A stretch of 64,000 nt of DNA from the NCBI GenBank assembly GCA_963725155.1, contig CAVRXU010000002.1, positions 994,581 through 1,058,580 on the forward strand, read 5' to 3'. The notes beneath the pieces were generated by a model. That model was given only the letters and a program-made list of their open reading frames with translations. It did not search any database and was not told the origin of the DNA. Position 1 is the first letter of the stretch. Each line of letters opens with the position of its first letter. Position numbers and translations under genes: made by a program. Positions 26,492 through 36,297 of the stretch are shown one piece after another. The DNA is from an uncultured Microthrixaceae bacterium. Its GTDB lineage: Bacteria; Actinomycetota; Acidimicrobiia; Acidimicrobiales; DATDAH01.

Positions 26492-28880
26492 GCGTCTGGA
26501 GGTGGAGGGCTTCACGGCGTTCCGGGACGCCGTCGAGGTCGACTTCGAGGGCGCCGACCTCTTCGCCCTCACCGGACCGACGGGTTCGGGCAAGTCGAGC
26601 CTGATCGACGCCATGACCTTCGCCCTCTACGGGTCGATACCCCGGTTGGACAAGAAGGCGGTGGCGCCGGTCATCAGCCAGGGCCTCCTCCAGGCCCGGG
26701 TCCGGCTCGACTTCACGGTCGAGGGCGTCGGGTACACGGCGGCCAGAGTCGTCAGGGCCACGGCCGGCGGCGGGGCCACGACCAAGGAGGCCCGGCTCGA
26801 GCGCCGGGACGCCGACGGCGGGGTCGAGACCCTGGCGGGAGACGCCAAGGCCCTCTCCGCCGAGATCGAGGGCCTCCTCGGGCTCACCTTCGAGCACTTC
26901 TGCACCTGTGTGGTGCTGCCCCAGGGCGAGTTCGCCGCCCTCCTCCATGCCGAGCCCCGCAAGCGCCAGGACATGCTCCTGGCCCTCCTCGACCTCGGCC
27001 TCTACGAGGCCATGGGCCAGGCCGCCCGCTCCCGGGCCACCGCAGCCGGGGCCCAGGTCGAGGTCCTCGACCGGCAGGTGGCCGAGCTGGCCGACGCCTC
27101 CGAGGAGACCCTCAAGGAGGCCGAACGCCGGGTGGGCGTGCTCGACCGGCTCGTCGAGCGCATCGACGAGGCCCGTCCCCGCCTGGAGGAGCTGGGCACG
27201 GTCATCGCCGCGGCGAAGGCCGAGGCCGATGAGGCGGGGCGTCGGGTCACCGCCCTCACCGACCTGGCCGTGCCCGACGACGTCGCCCGGTTGGCGACCA
27301 AGGCCGACGCTGCCCGCAAGGAGCTCGACCAGGCCCGAAAAGATCACGAGGCCGCGGCCGGCTTCCTCGAGCAGGCCGAAGCGGCGTCCGGCGACCTGCC
27401 CGATCGGGTCGGGCTGCGGGAGCGCCTGGCCCTGTTGGGTCGACGGGCTGACCAGGCCGAGCGCATCCGGAGCGGCGCCACCCTGGAGGGTGAACGGACC
27501 GAGGTGCTGGCGGCCACGGTGGCGGTCCGGGAGAGCGCCGACGCCGACTACGCGCACGCCCAGGTCGCGGTGGTCACGGCCAAGGACCGGGACCGGGCCG
27601 CCGCCATGGCCCGAGACCTGGTGGCGGGGGCGCGCTGTCCTGTGTGCCGCCAGGTCGTGCACGACGTGCCGTCACACCGCGACGCCCCGGATGTGACCGC
27701 GGCCGAGAAGGCGCTGGCGGACACCACGCAGGCCATGCGGACTGCACAGGACGCCGAGCGGGACGCCCAGCGGGAGCTGGACAAGGTGACCGCGCTGCTC
27801 ACCGAGGTCCGCCAGACCGTGGCCGATCTCGACGAGCAGCTGGGCGACGGGCTCGACCAGGCCGCCATCGAGGCCGCCCTCGTCGATCTCGACCGACGGG
27901 AGGCTGACCTGCGCACTGCCCGGGAGACCGAGAAGCAGCGCCGACGGGACCTCGAAGGGGCGGAGCGACGAGCCGTCACACTGGCCGACGACGAGAAAGG
28001 GCTCTGGGTCCGCTTCGACGAGGCCCGTGACGCCCTGGTCGCCCTGGGGCCTCCCGCCGCCGACCGGGAAGACCTCGCGGCCGCCTGGGCCGTGCTCGTC
28101 GCCTGGGCCGACGAGGCTCGTCCCGCCCACGAGGAACAGGCGACCGAGGCCCGGGCCAGGGTCGAACAGGCCGAGACCGAGCGGGCGGCCATCGAGGACC
28201 GCATCCGTGAGACGTGCGCCGAGCTGGACGTGACTGTGGGCGACCGGACGCCCCGGGACGCGGCCACCGAGGCCCGGGAGCGGGCCCGCTCCCACGCCGA
28301 AGGGCTGGCCAAGGACCGTCGGCGAGCCGCCGAGCTGGAGGCGCAGCGCCTCGGCCTGGTCGAACGACGCCAGGTGGCCGAGGAGCTGGGTCGCCACCTC
28401 CGGGCCGACCGCTTCGAGAAGTGGATCCTGGACGAGGCCCTCCAGCGCCTCGTCGAGGGCGCTGCGGCTTTGCTGCGCGAGCTGTCGTCGGGCGCCTACT
28501 CGCTCACCTTGGACACCGGTGGGGCCAACTTCGCCGTCGTGGACCACGCCAACGCCGATGCCGTACGGGGGGCCAAGACGCTGTCGGGTGGGGAGACGTT
28601 CCTGGCCTCGCTGGCGCTGGCCCTGGCCCTGGCCGACCAGGTCGCCGATCTGGCCGTCGGCGGCAGTGCCCGACTGGAGTCGATCTTCTGTGACGAGGGC
28701 TTCGGCTCGCTGGACCTCGACACCCTGGACATCGTGGCCACGGCCCTCGAGGAGCTGGGGGCGTCGGGTCGGATGGTGGGGGTGGTCAGTCACGTCCGCG
28801 AGCTGGCCGAGCGCCTCCCCGTCCGCTTCGAGGTCCGCAAGGGCCCGACCACGAGCACGGTCACCCGGGTCGACGCGTGA
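26481..28880 (+). CDS. sbcC: SbcC/Rad50 SMC-like ATPase
   Basis: GPTGSGKS, LPQGEF Q-loop, CPVC zinc hook, LSGGE, DEGFGSLD, SH. Confidence 0.95.
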   Translation: MRPERLEVEGFTAFRDAVEVDFEGADLFALTGPTGSGKSSLIDAMTFALYGSIPRLDKKAVAPVISQGLLQARVRLDFTVEGVGYTAARVVRATAGGGATTKEARLERRDADGGVETLAGDAKALSAEIEGLLGLTFEHFCTCVVLPQGEFAALLHAEPRKRQDMLLALLDLGLYEAMGQAARSRATAAGAQVEVLDRQVAELADASEETLKEAERRVGVLDRLVERIDEARPRLEELGTVIAAAKAEADEAGRRVTALTDLAVPDDVARLATKADAARKELDQARKDHEAAAGFLEQAEAASGDLPDRVGLRERLALLGRRADQAERIRSGATLEGERTEVLAATVAVRESADADYAHAQVAVVTAKDRDRAAAMARDLVAGARCPVCRQVVHDVPSHRDAPDVTAAEKALADTTQAMRTAQDAERDAQRELDKVTALLTEVRQTVADLDEQLGDGLDQAAIEAALVDLDRREADLRTARETEKQRRRDLEGAERRAVTLADDEKGLWVRFDEARDALVALGPPAADREDLAAAWAVLVAWADEARPAHEEQATEARARVEQAETERAAIEDRIRETCAELDVTVGDRTPRDAATEARERARSHAEGLAKDRRRAAELEAQRLGLVERRQVAEELGRHLRADRFEKWILDEALQRLVEGAAALLRELSSGAYSLTLDTGGANFAVVDHANADAVRGAKTLSGGETFLASLALALALADQVADLAVGGSARLESIFCDEGFGSLDLDTLDIVATALEELGASGRMVGVVSHVRELAERLPVRFEVRKGPTTSTVTRVDA

Positions 28881-28950
28881 CCCCCACCCGAACGCTCGGC
28901 CCCGGTCACCGAGGAGGGCGACTCTTGCCGAAGGTTGGGATGAGCGGGGC

Positions 28951-29877
28951 GTGAGGCTGGCGGTCGAGCCGTGGGCGCCGGAGTACGGGTCGCCGACCGA
29001 GGAGGGTGGGTTCACGCCCCAGGACCCGCCCGTCCTCGACCTCGAGCTCGCTCCGAAGGACTGGGAGCCGCTGTCCCCCGGGGGCGCACCGGTCGGCACC
29101 GTCTACTTCGTCGACGGGGTCCAGCGCATCGAGGCCAGCGTCGTCGTCACCTTGGACTCCGGCGAGGTTCGCCGGGGCCGCTGCGTCTCCTACGGCGCCG
29201 GGGTGGTGTGCTGTGACGGCCGAGCGACCGTCGTCGAGGCCCAGGCCCGCCACGAGTTCCTCGCTCCCGACCGGGCCGCGCGGGACATCGCCACCCGCCA
29301 CGGCACCTTCACCCACTACGGGGTCACCTCCGACGACTCGGGGGTCCTGGCCAAGGCGCTCCATGACCGCATGGCCGACCTCGAGGCGGAGGTGGCCCGG
29401 TCCGCGGCCCCCGGCGCCGACGACCTGCTCATCACCGACGGCCCGTTGAGTGGGCGCCGCCACGGGGTCAAGCACGCCGTCGGCTACGTGAAGACCCACC
29501 CGGTGGCCTACCTGCCCGAGGAGCTGTCCCAGCGGGTCGTGACCGCCCTCCTCCCCGGCCAGCGCACGCCCGTCTTCCGCCTCGGCGCCGGCCGCCCGGC
29601 CTGGTACGTCCGGCTGCCCACGCCGATCGACCACGGGTGGTCGGGCGTCGTGCGCTGCGAGGCCGAGGACGAGGTCAGTGGCGCCGAGCTGTTCGCGCTC
29701 GCCGACCGGGTGACCGCCACCCTCCCGCGGTTCGCCAGCGAGGGTCACAAGGACCCCCGGGCCCCGCAGAACCTCTACCCGATCGGGGGCCTGGAAAGGG
29801 AGCTCAAGCGCCGCCTCGGCGACCCCCGCCTCTGGTTCCGCGCCCTCCGCGAAGCCGCCCTCCGACCCGACCCCTGA
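28951..29877 (+). CDS. nurA: NurA-family 5'-3' nuclease
   Basis: FVDGV, TDGPL, GYVKT, WYVRL, DPRAPQNLYPI..LE motifs; operonic with herA-sbcD-sbcC. Confidence 0.78.
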   Translation: MRLAVEPWAPEYGSPTEEGGFTPQDPPVLDLELAPKDWEPLSPGGAPVGTVYFVDGVQRIEASVVVTLDSGEVRRGRCVSYGAGVVCCDGRATVVEAQARHEFLAPDRAARDIATRHGTFTHYGVTSDDSGVLAKALHDRMADLEAEVARSAAPGADDLLITDGPLSGRRHGVKHAVGYVKTHPVAYLPEELSQRVVTALLPGQRTPVFRLGAGRPAWYVRLPTPIDHGWSGVVRCEAEDEVSGAELFALADRVTATLPRFASEGHKDPRAPQNLYPIGGLERELKRRLGDPRLWFRALREAALRPDP

Positions 29878-29884
29878 GCCCGCG

Positions 29885-30685
29885 CTAGGGGGTCGTGGGG
29901 GCGGCGGCGGCCGGGGGCGCCTCCATCGAGGTGCGGAGGTCGGTGAGGGGCTTGTCCGGGACCTCGATCGTCCCCCGCGTCGGACGGTCGAGGTCGAAGG
30001 TGACCAGGAGGAGCAGGGCGACGAGGGTGGCAGCGATCAGGGCCGGACCTATGCCCCGGCCGAGCAGGGCGAGCAGGAAGGCGAGCAGGGCGACGGCGCT
30101 GGCTGCGGCGAGCGCTTCGAGGGCGAGCACGGCGTCGGGCACTCGGTTGTTCAGGGCCGAGGTCCGGACCGTCTCCTGGTCGATCATCTCGTTCAGGCTC
30201 TCGACGTAGAGCCGGACCGCGCTGCCTTCCGGAGACTGGTCGAGGGCCTCGCCGGCCAATGCCCACAGGTCACGTTGGGCCTCGTGGCCGTCGGCCGCGG
30301 CCGCGTCGAAGGTCGCCGACGCCGGGATCGAGTTGGCCAGGCGGATGCTGGTGTCGGCGTACTGCCGGAGCAGGTCCAGGGACTCCGTCCGTTCCGGCTC
30401 GGGCAGGGTCTGGGCCCGCAGGTAGGTCGTGCCGATGGCGTTGGCGTCGTCGACCACAGCGGCCCGTCGGGCGTCGTAGCGACCGACGGCCAGGGCCAGG
30501 CCGAAGGCCAGGATGAGCGCCACCACGCCGAAGAGCGAGGCCTGCAGCACGGCGTACGGCTCCCGGAGGCGATCCGACCGATGGCGCAGGCGCCGACCGC
30601 ATTCGAAGGCGATCGCCGCCGTGGCGAACATCAGGACGACGACGATCAGGGTGAGGACCCAGGTGTTCAGTCGAAAGAGGTACAT
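29885..30685 (-). CDS. DUF4239/bestrophin-like membrane protein
   Basis: LILAF..A..RYD.RR..V..ANAIGT.YLR; DLDRP.RG. Confidence 0.75.
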   Translation of the reverse strand: MYLFRLNTWVLTLIVVVLMFATAAIAFECGRRLRHRSDRLREPYAVLQASLFGVVALILAFGLALAVGRYDARRAAVVDDANAIGTTYLRAQTLPEPERTESLDLLRQYADTSIRLANSIPASATFDAAAADGHEAQRDLWALAGEALDQSPEGSAVRLYVESLNEMIDQETVRTSALNNRVPDAVLALEALAAASAVALLAFLLALLGRGIGPALIAATLVALLLLVTFDLDRPTRGTIEVPDKPLTDLRTSMEAPPAAAAPTTP

Positions 30686-30783
30686 GGGGCTCCGCGGGTG
30701 ATGGTCGCGCCGGTTCAGGACAGGCTGGCAGACCCGGTGTCCCCATGGCTCATGGCGGAGGGGCGGTCGGCCGATCAGAGACC

Positions 30784-31611
30784 ATGGACGCCGACAGCCC
30801 TCGTCGCCCCGTTCCCTGGCGCGCCGTCGCCGTGGTCGCCCTCCTGGGCATCGCCGCGACCGGCGGCCTCGCCGTGGTCTTCCGCGACAGCGGGTCGACG
30901 ACCGAGGGCCAGGACTCGGCGACCGGCCGACGCCTCGAGGCCAGGCTCGTGGTCGAGCTCGACGATCGGACGCTGGCTGACGCCACCGCCACCCTGCGTC
31001 TGACCAACACCTCCGATCAACCGGCGTGGTACCGGGGCAGCGAGTGCGAGGGGCCGGGCGACCCCGCCATCGGGCCCGAGGGCATGCGCCCCCAGCCGGT
31101 GACGGCGCTCGAGGAGGGCTCGATCCGGGAGCGCCTGATCGCGGCGGGTGAGGCCACCCGGCGGGTGAGCTTCGGTCGGGCCGACGGAACGTTCTGCGAG
31201 ACCAGTGACGGCCTGGTCGAGGTCGGGCCCAACGAGACCGTCAGCTGGGAGTACCGGACCTTCGACCTCCCGGTCGACCGCTCGTCGGCGGTCGCCGCGG
31301 TCGTCGTCATCGGCGAGGTCACCCGGACCGGTCGGTCCGTTGATCGGCTCCGGTTGGTGGTGCCCTTCTCGGCCCTGACCGACGCCGGTGGTCCCACCGT
31401 CGACCAGGCCGTCGACGCCTTCCTCGCCGATCCGACGGTGGCCGACATGGTGGCGTCGTCCGGGGACGACGGCGTGTTGACCGTGGTGTCCCGGGAGGGG
31501 CAGGTCTGGCGGATGAGCCTCGGCTCCAGCGCCGGCGACCTGTCGGGCGAGGTCCAGCCCGACCTCCTCGTCACCAACGTGCACCTCATCCCCGCACCCC
31601 AGCTCGGCTAG
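30784..31611 (+). CDS. Hypothetical exported protein
   Basis: N-terminal TM/signal, Cys pair, host codon bias. Confidence 0.6.
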   Translation: MDADSPRRPVPWRAVAVVALLGIAATGGLAVVFRDSGSTTEGQDSATGRRLEARLVVELDDRTLADATATLRLTNTSDQPAWYRGSECEGPGDPAIGPEGMRPQPVTALEEGSIRERLIAAGEATRRVSFGRADGTFCETSDGLVEVGPNETVSWEYRTFDLPVDRSSAVAAVVVIGEVTRTGRSVDRLRLVVPFSALTDAGGPTVDQAVDAFLADPTVADMVASSGDDGVLTVVSREGQVWRMSLGSSAGDLSGEVQPDLLVTNVHLIPAPQLG

Positions 31612-31724
31612 CGCCTCCCTTCAGCCAGGGTCACGCTGCGCAGCGGAGCGAAGCAGCCCTGTTCGCTGGTTGCATCGGCGGCGCCGGCGTTGCTGAACGC
31701 AGTGAAGCCACGCAAATGTCACGG

Positions 31725-33149
31725 TCACGGCTGCATGACGATGAGGCGCTGCTCGGTCATCTCGCGGACGGCGTAGGGCGGGCCTTCACGGGTGTTGCCG
31801 CTGTCCCGCAGGCCGCCGTAGGGCATGTGGTCGGCCCGCCAGGTGGGGACCTCGTTGATGAGCACGCCCCCGAAGTCCAGGGTGTCGGCGGCCTTGAGCG
31901 CCTTGCCCAGGTCCTTGGTGAACACGCCGGCCTGGAGGCCGTACCGACTGTCGTTGGCCCGGGCCAGGGCGTCGTCGTAGTCGGTGTAGGTGGCGACGGC
32001 GACGACGGGGCCGAAGACCTCGAGGGCGCACACCTTCATGTCGTCGGTCACCCCGGTGAGCACGGTGGGGCGCAGGACGCCGTCGCCGGTGAGCTCCCCG
32101 CCGGTCGCCACCTTCGCGCCCCCCGCCTCCGCCTCCTCGATCCAGTCCTTGACCCGCTCGGTCTCGCCGGCGTCGATGAGGGCCGACACGTCGGTGCTGT
32201 CGTCGGCCGGGTCACCTACGACCAGGCCCTCGACCCCCTTGACGAGGGCGGCGGTGAACTCCTCGGCGATGTCCTCGTGGACGTAGACCCGCTGGGTCGA
32301 GATGCACGACTGGCCGGCGTGGCTGAACCCGGCGACCTTGATCTTGGTGGCGGCCGTGGCCCAGTCCCCGTCGGGCTCGATGACGACCGGGGCGTTGTTG
32401 CCCAACTCGAGGCCGACCTTCTTGGTGGCGGCCCGGGCCCGGATGCCCCAGCCGACCGGCGGTGAGCCGGTGAAGGTGATCATGGCCACGTCGGGGTGCT
32501 CGACCAGGTGGTTGGCGGTCGACCCGGCGCACGGGACGACGTTGAGCCAGCCGGGAGGCAGCCCGCACTCGTCGATCAGCAGCTCGGCCAGCTTCAGGGC
32601 CGACAGCGGCGTGGCCGAGGCCGGCTTGAGCACGACGGGGCAACCGGCGGCGATGGCCGGGGCCACCTTGTGGCACACCAGGTTGAGCGGGAAGTTGAAG
32701 GGGGAGATCCCGGCCACGACGCCGATGGGCACCCGCTTGACCCACCCCACCTTCCCCTCGCCGGCCGACGAGGCGTCGAGGGGGATCAGCTCACCGCCCA
32801 TCGTGCGGGCCACGGCGGCGGAGAAGCTCACGGTGTCGACGGCGCGGGCCGCCTCGACCCGAGCGGTCTTGATCGGCTTGGCCGCCTCGGCCGAGATCAC
32901 GGTGGCGAACTCCTCCACCCGCTCGGCCAGGAGTCGGGCGGCACGATCGAGCACGGCCGCCCGCTCGTGGGCCGGCAGCGGCCCGCCCCGGTGCAGGGCG
33001 GCGGCGATGGCGACCGCTTGGTCGAGGTGCTTCTCGCTGCCCTTGGCCACCGTGCCCACGACAGACCCGTCGAAGGGGGAGCGGACCTCGATGCTCTCGT
33101 CGGAGGCGACACGCTCGTCGCCGATGATCATCGGAATCTGGTCGGCCAT
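31725..33149 (-). CDS. Aldehyde dehydrogenase
   Basis: PFNFPL, KPAS.TP, FTGS, LELG, AGQSC, EVFGP. Confidence 0.95.
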   Translation of the reverse strand: MADQIPMIIGDERVASDESIEVRSPFDGSVVGTVAKGSEKHLDQAVAIAAALHRGGPLPAHERAAVLDRAARLLAERVEEFATVISAEAAKPIKTARVEAARAVDTVSFSAAVARTMGGELIPLDASSAGEGKVGWVKRVPIGVVAGISPFNFPLNLVCHKVAPAIAAGCPVVLKPASATPLSALKLAELLIDECGLPPGWLNVVPCAGSTANHLVEHPDVAMITFTGSPPVGWGIRARAATKKVGLELGNNAPVVIEPDGDWATAATKIKVAGFSHAGQSCISTQRVYVHEDIAEEFTAALVKGVEGLVVGDPADDSTDVSALIDAGETERVKDWIEEAEAGGAKVATGGELTGDGVLRPTVLTGVTDDMKVCALEVFGPVVAVATYTDYDDALARANDSRYGLQAGVFTKDLGKALKAADTLDFGGVLINEVPTWRADHMPYGGLRDSGNTREGPPYAVREMTEQRLIVMQP

Positions 33150-33221
33150 CGGGATCCTCCGTGCGGCTCGTCCGGCTCGGGTCACGGTAGCTCCGACCGC
33201 GGACGGCCCCTGAGGGTGGGC

Positions 33222-33683
33222 TCAGAGCTGGATCGTCACCCGGACACCGAGGGTGTCCAGGTGGGCCACCTCGACGTCGTTGGCCATGACCTGGGCCCCC
33301 TGCACGTTGACCAGGTCGACGTGGTCGGTCAGCGGGTAGGGCCCGGCGTGCCAGGTGCCGAGGGCCAGGTTGATGCCGGCGCTGCCATCGCAGAGGAAGG
33401 CCCGCATCGTGTCGAGGTGGGCCGGATCGGTGAAGTCGACCGCGGCGGGGGCGACCAGGACCACCGTGGGCTTCCCGTTCAGGGCGACGAGGGCCTGCGT
33501 CGCCCGGTGGTGGCGGTTGAGCACCGTGAACTGGAGGGGCTGGTGGTCGTAGCTCAGGACGTCGAGGTGGAACGTCTCGTCGCCCCGCAGCTCGATCCGG
33601 ACCTCGTCGACCCCGACGACCTGGCCGAAGGGGGCGAAGCCGGCCGAGGTGAGCGGCTCAGCCCTGACCACGTGCTCGCGCAT
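33222..33683 (-). CDS. Ureidoglycolate lyase-like cupin
   Basis: AEPLT..FAPFG, LNRH...TQA, G.WH. Confidence 0.75.
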   Translation of the reverse strand: MREHVVRAEPLTSAGFAPFGQVVGVDEVRIELRGDETFHLDVLSYDHQPLQFTVLNRHHRATQALVALNGKPTVVLVAPAAVDFTDPAHLDTMRAFLCDGSAGINLALGTWHAGPYPLTDHVDLVNVQGAQVMANDVEVAHLDTLGVRVTIQL

Positions 33684-33719
33684 CGATCTAGTCTGACGCG
33701 GTCGAGCAGGGGGTGACGG

Positions 33720-34103
33720 GTGGACGTTCGGTCGATCGAAGACGTGGCCCCGGTGGTGGAGCACAACGGCACGGTGCCGGTGTGGTGGCTGGTCTCGCCC
33801 CGGGAGATGCACGACATCACCGTCGGTGGTCACCTGGAGCTGGTGTCGGAGTTCGAGGTGGCCGGTGGCGGCCTGGTCGACCCCCATTCGCACCCGACCC
33901 ACGAGTTCTACTACGTGACCTCAGGGCGGGGGCTCATGACGATCGCGGACGAGGAGCGGGAGATCGGCCAGGGCGATCTCGTGCACATCCCGCCCGACGC
34001 GGTGCACAGCCTGCGTCCGCTCAGCGACCACGCTCCGATCCACTGCTTCTGCTTCGCGGTCGGGGTGAAGGACGCCGGCGAGGTGGACTACACCTCACAC
34101 TGA
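33720..34103 (+). CDS. Cupin domain protein
   Basis: PHSHPTHEFY..SG.G, GD.V.IPP..VH. Confidence 0.88.
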   Translation: MDVRSIEDVAPVVEHNGTVPVWWLVSPREMHDITVGGHLELVSEFEVAGGGLVDPHSHPTHEFYYVTSGRGLMTIADEEREIGQGDLVHIPPDAVHSLRPLSDHAPIHCFCFAVGVKDAGEVDYTSH

Positions 34104-34721
34104 GGGGTCGACCCGCCGGATCTTCGTGGGGTCGAGCTCGAGCAGGTCGACGGTCGTCTCCCCCGACTGGAGCCGGCGGAAGAGGTCCTGTTCCCGGTCG
34201 GACCGGTGACGGGCCGCGGCCACCACTTCGTCGAACTGCTCGGCCGGGATGACCACGACGCCATCGGCGTCGCCCACGACGGTGTCCCCGGTGTGCACCG
34301 TGACGTCGCCGACGGTGACCGGCCCACCGACCTCGCCCGACTGGTCCTTGGTCGCGCCCCGGAGGGCGATGCGGTCGCTGAAGGCGCCGAACCCGTGGCC
34401 GGACAGGGCGGCGATGTCGCGGACACCGCCGTCGATGACGAGGCCGGTGATGCCCGTGGTGTCGGCCGCCGTGGTCAGGATCTCGCCCCAGTAGCCCCGT
34501 TCCGGCTCGGCCGACGCATCCACGACCAGCACGCTGCCGGGCGGCGCCAGGGTGACGGCGACGTGGATGGCCAGGTTGTCGCCCGGCGCGCAGGTGACCG
34601 TGAAGGCTCGGCCGGCCACCGTGGCGCCGGGCCACGCCGGCCGGATGCGGGACGGCATGAGGAGGGCCCCGCTCTCCCCGAGGGTGGCCGCCCCGAGCAC
34701 GATGAGCAGGTCGACGTTCAC
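34095..34721 (-). CDS. RraA/HMG aldolase family protein
   Basis: GDNL, WGEIL, VIDGGVRD, GD.V.GDADGVVVIP. Confidence 0.88.
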   Translation of the reverse strand: MNVDLLIVLGAATLGESGALLMPSRIRPAWPGATVAGRAFTVTCAPGDNLAIHVAVTLAPPGSVLVVDASAEPERGYWGEILTTAADTTGITGLVIDGGVRDIAALSGHGFGAFSDRIALRGATKDQSGEVGGPVTVGDVTVHTGDTVVGDADGVVVIPAEQFDEVVAAARHRSDREQDLFRRLQSGETTVDLLELDPTKIRRVDPSV

Positions 34722-34788
34722 TTTCGCCGACCCTACTGGCGCCTTCCGGGGCGCTTCACTCGAGACGCCGCTTGTCGGTCGCCGACGC

Positions 34789-35508
34789 TCAGTGCCTCGA
34801 GGCGAGGGGGACGAGGCCGGCGATGTCGGTGAGGAAGTGGTCGACGAGGGCGTCGGTGTGGGGGCGGGCCTCCTCCTGGCGCTCGGCCGTCTCGGCCAGG
34901 AGGCCGGCGGGTGTGCCGTCGAGATGGCGGAGCTCGGCCTCGTCGGCGTCGGCCAGCCAACCTTCGAGGATCTCGGTGGTGAGCTCGGGATGGAACTGCA
35001 CGCCGAGGCTGCGACCGGTGCGGAACGCCTGCACGCCGGAGTCGCTGTCGGCCAGGGTCGTGGCCCCCTCGGGCACGGTGAACCGGTCGAAGTGCCACTG
35101 GAACCAGGGCCCCGGGGCCAGCAGGTCGGGGACGCTCGACCGGATCTGGTACCAGCCGAACTCGGGGCGAGGAGTGGCCTCGACCGTGCCCCCGAGAGCC
35201 GCGGCCAGGGCCTGACCGCCGAAGCACACGCCGAGGACCGGGATGTCGGCGGCGTGCGCGGTGCGGAGCAGGTCCAGCTCCCGACCGATCCAGGTCCCGA
35301 TCCGGTCGGTGTCGTAGACCGACCAGGGCGAGCCCATGGGGACGATCAGGTCGTAGTCGTGGGGATCGGGGAAGGGCGTGTCCGAGACCGGGTGGGTGAC
35401 GTCGGCGACGGGCACCACCTCGTCCAGCTCGAAGCCGTGGTGCTCGAGGCGCCGGCCCACCATGCCCGCCGGACAGTGCCCGTCCGGGTTCACCACCAAC
35501 GCCCGCAT
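34789..35508 (-). CDS. Class I glutamine amidotransferase-like protein
   Basis: MGSPWSV, GVCFGGQ, WHFD, QFHPE (Cys-His-Glu triad). Confidence 0.9.
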   Translation of the reverse strand: MRALVVNPDGHCPAGMVGRRLEHHGFELDEVVPVADVTHPVSDTPFPDPHDYDLIVPMGSPWSVYDTDRIGTWIGRELDLLRTAHAADIPVLGVCFGGQALAAALGGTVEATPRPEFGWYQIRSSVPDLLAPGPWFQWHFDRFTVPEGATTLADSDSGVQAFRTGRSLGVQFHPELTTEILEGWLADADEAELRHLDGTPAGLLAETAERQEEARPHTDALVDHFLTDIAGLVPLASRH

Positions 35509-35536
35509 GGCCGCGAGGCTACCCACCCGGCGCGGG

Positions 35537-35568
35537 ACGATCCCCCGGCGCGCTCGCCGGGGGATCGT
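35537..35568. terminator. Stem-loop
   Basis: cgatcccccggcg-cgct-cgccgggggatcg. Confidence 0.5.
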
Positions 35569-35668
35569 GCCGTCTTGACGCGGCGGACGCGCCAGCCGAA
35601 CCAGCTCGACGGAGGTTCGTCGCACCCTGCCGTAGGCAGCAGGAGCCGCGCGGGGCGGCGACGCGGGC

Positions 35669-36145
35669 TCAGGAGGCCGCTGGCGCGGCGGTGGGCGGCG
35701 GGCCCTCGGGATGCACGCCGTCCACGATGTCGTCGGCGTGGTCCTCGACGTCGGCGAGGCGCTCGTCGGCCTCGTCCTGGGTCAGCTCGCCGTCCTCGAC
35801 GGCCTGGTCGATGTGGTCGGTGATGTCGGCCACGACGGCGTCAACCAGCTCGGCCCGGCTGACCCCGTTGGCCTCGGCCACCTCGGCCGGGGTCTGACCG
35901 TCCTCGAGGGCGGCGCGGAGGTCCTCGACGTCGATGCCGATGGCCTCGGCCATGGCGTCGAGCGCCGGGCCACCGCCGCGGCCCTCACAGCCCGGGGCGC
36001 CGGGCGCATCGGCGGGGGCCTCGGTGGTGGTCGTCGCGCCGTCACCGGTGTCGGTCTGGGCGAAGGCACTGGAGACGCCGAAGCCGGCGAGGCCGGCTCC
36101 GGCGATGGCCGCCGCGGCAACGGCGGTACGGAGGGAGGTGGACAT
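35669..36145 (-). CDS. Secreted acidic helical protein
   Basis: Signal peptide ..SAFAQ; AEAIG..LRAAL..G.T.AEVA..GV and AV.DG.LT..EA repeats; AAAGGAG RBS. Confidence 0.8.
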   Translation of the reverse strand: MSTSLRTAVAAAAIAGAGLAGFGVSSAFAQTDTGDGATTTTEAPADAPGAPGCEGRGGGPALDAMAEAIGIDVEDLRAALEDGQTPAEVAEANGVSRAELVDAVVADITDHIDQAVEDGELTQDEADERLADVEDHADDIVDGVHPEGPPPTAAPAAS

Positions 36146-36225
36146 GATCAGGGCTCCTTTCGAGCTCTTGTCGGGTTGAGGGGGCCACGCTCCCGGAGCC
36201 GGGTAAGCGGCGGTTCGCGCCGGGC

Positions 36226-36274
36226 CTGAGAAGCACGCGAGAAAGGCCTTCGGGCCTTCTCACCTGGTTCTTGC
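36226..36274. promoter_or_regulatory. Two oppositely oriented MprA-type tandem boxes
   Basis: Minus strand TCTCGC-N5-TCTCAG (36226-36242); plus strand TCTCAC-N5-TCTTGC (36258-36274). Confidence 0.6.
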
Positions 36275-36297
36275 CTTGGGGCACTAGACCGTCGCCC

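Noticed and set aside
23615-26614. 999-aa antisense ORF and other long shadow ORFs (e.g. 3194-4906, 54676-56943, 59672-61525)
   Set aside because: Antisense to well-supported genes; expected from high GC3 codon bias; no motifs
23642-29877. HerA-based anti-phage system (Sir2-HerA/Nezha type)
   Set aside because: No Sir2 or DUF4297 effector, no defence-island context, and the promoter resembles a DNA-damage regulon; not formally excluded
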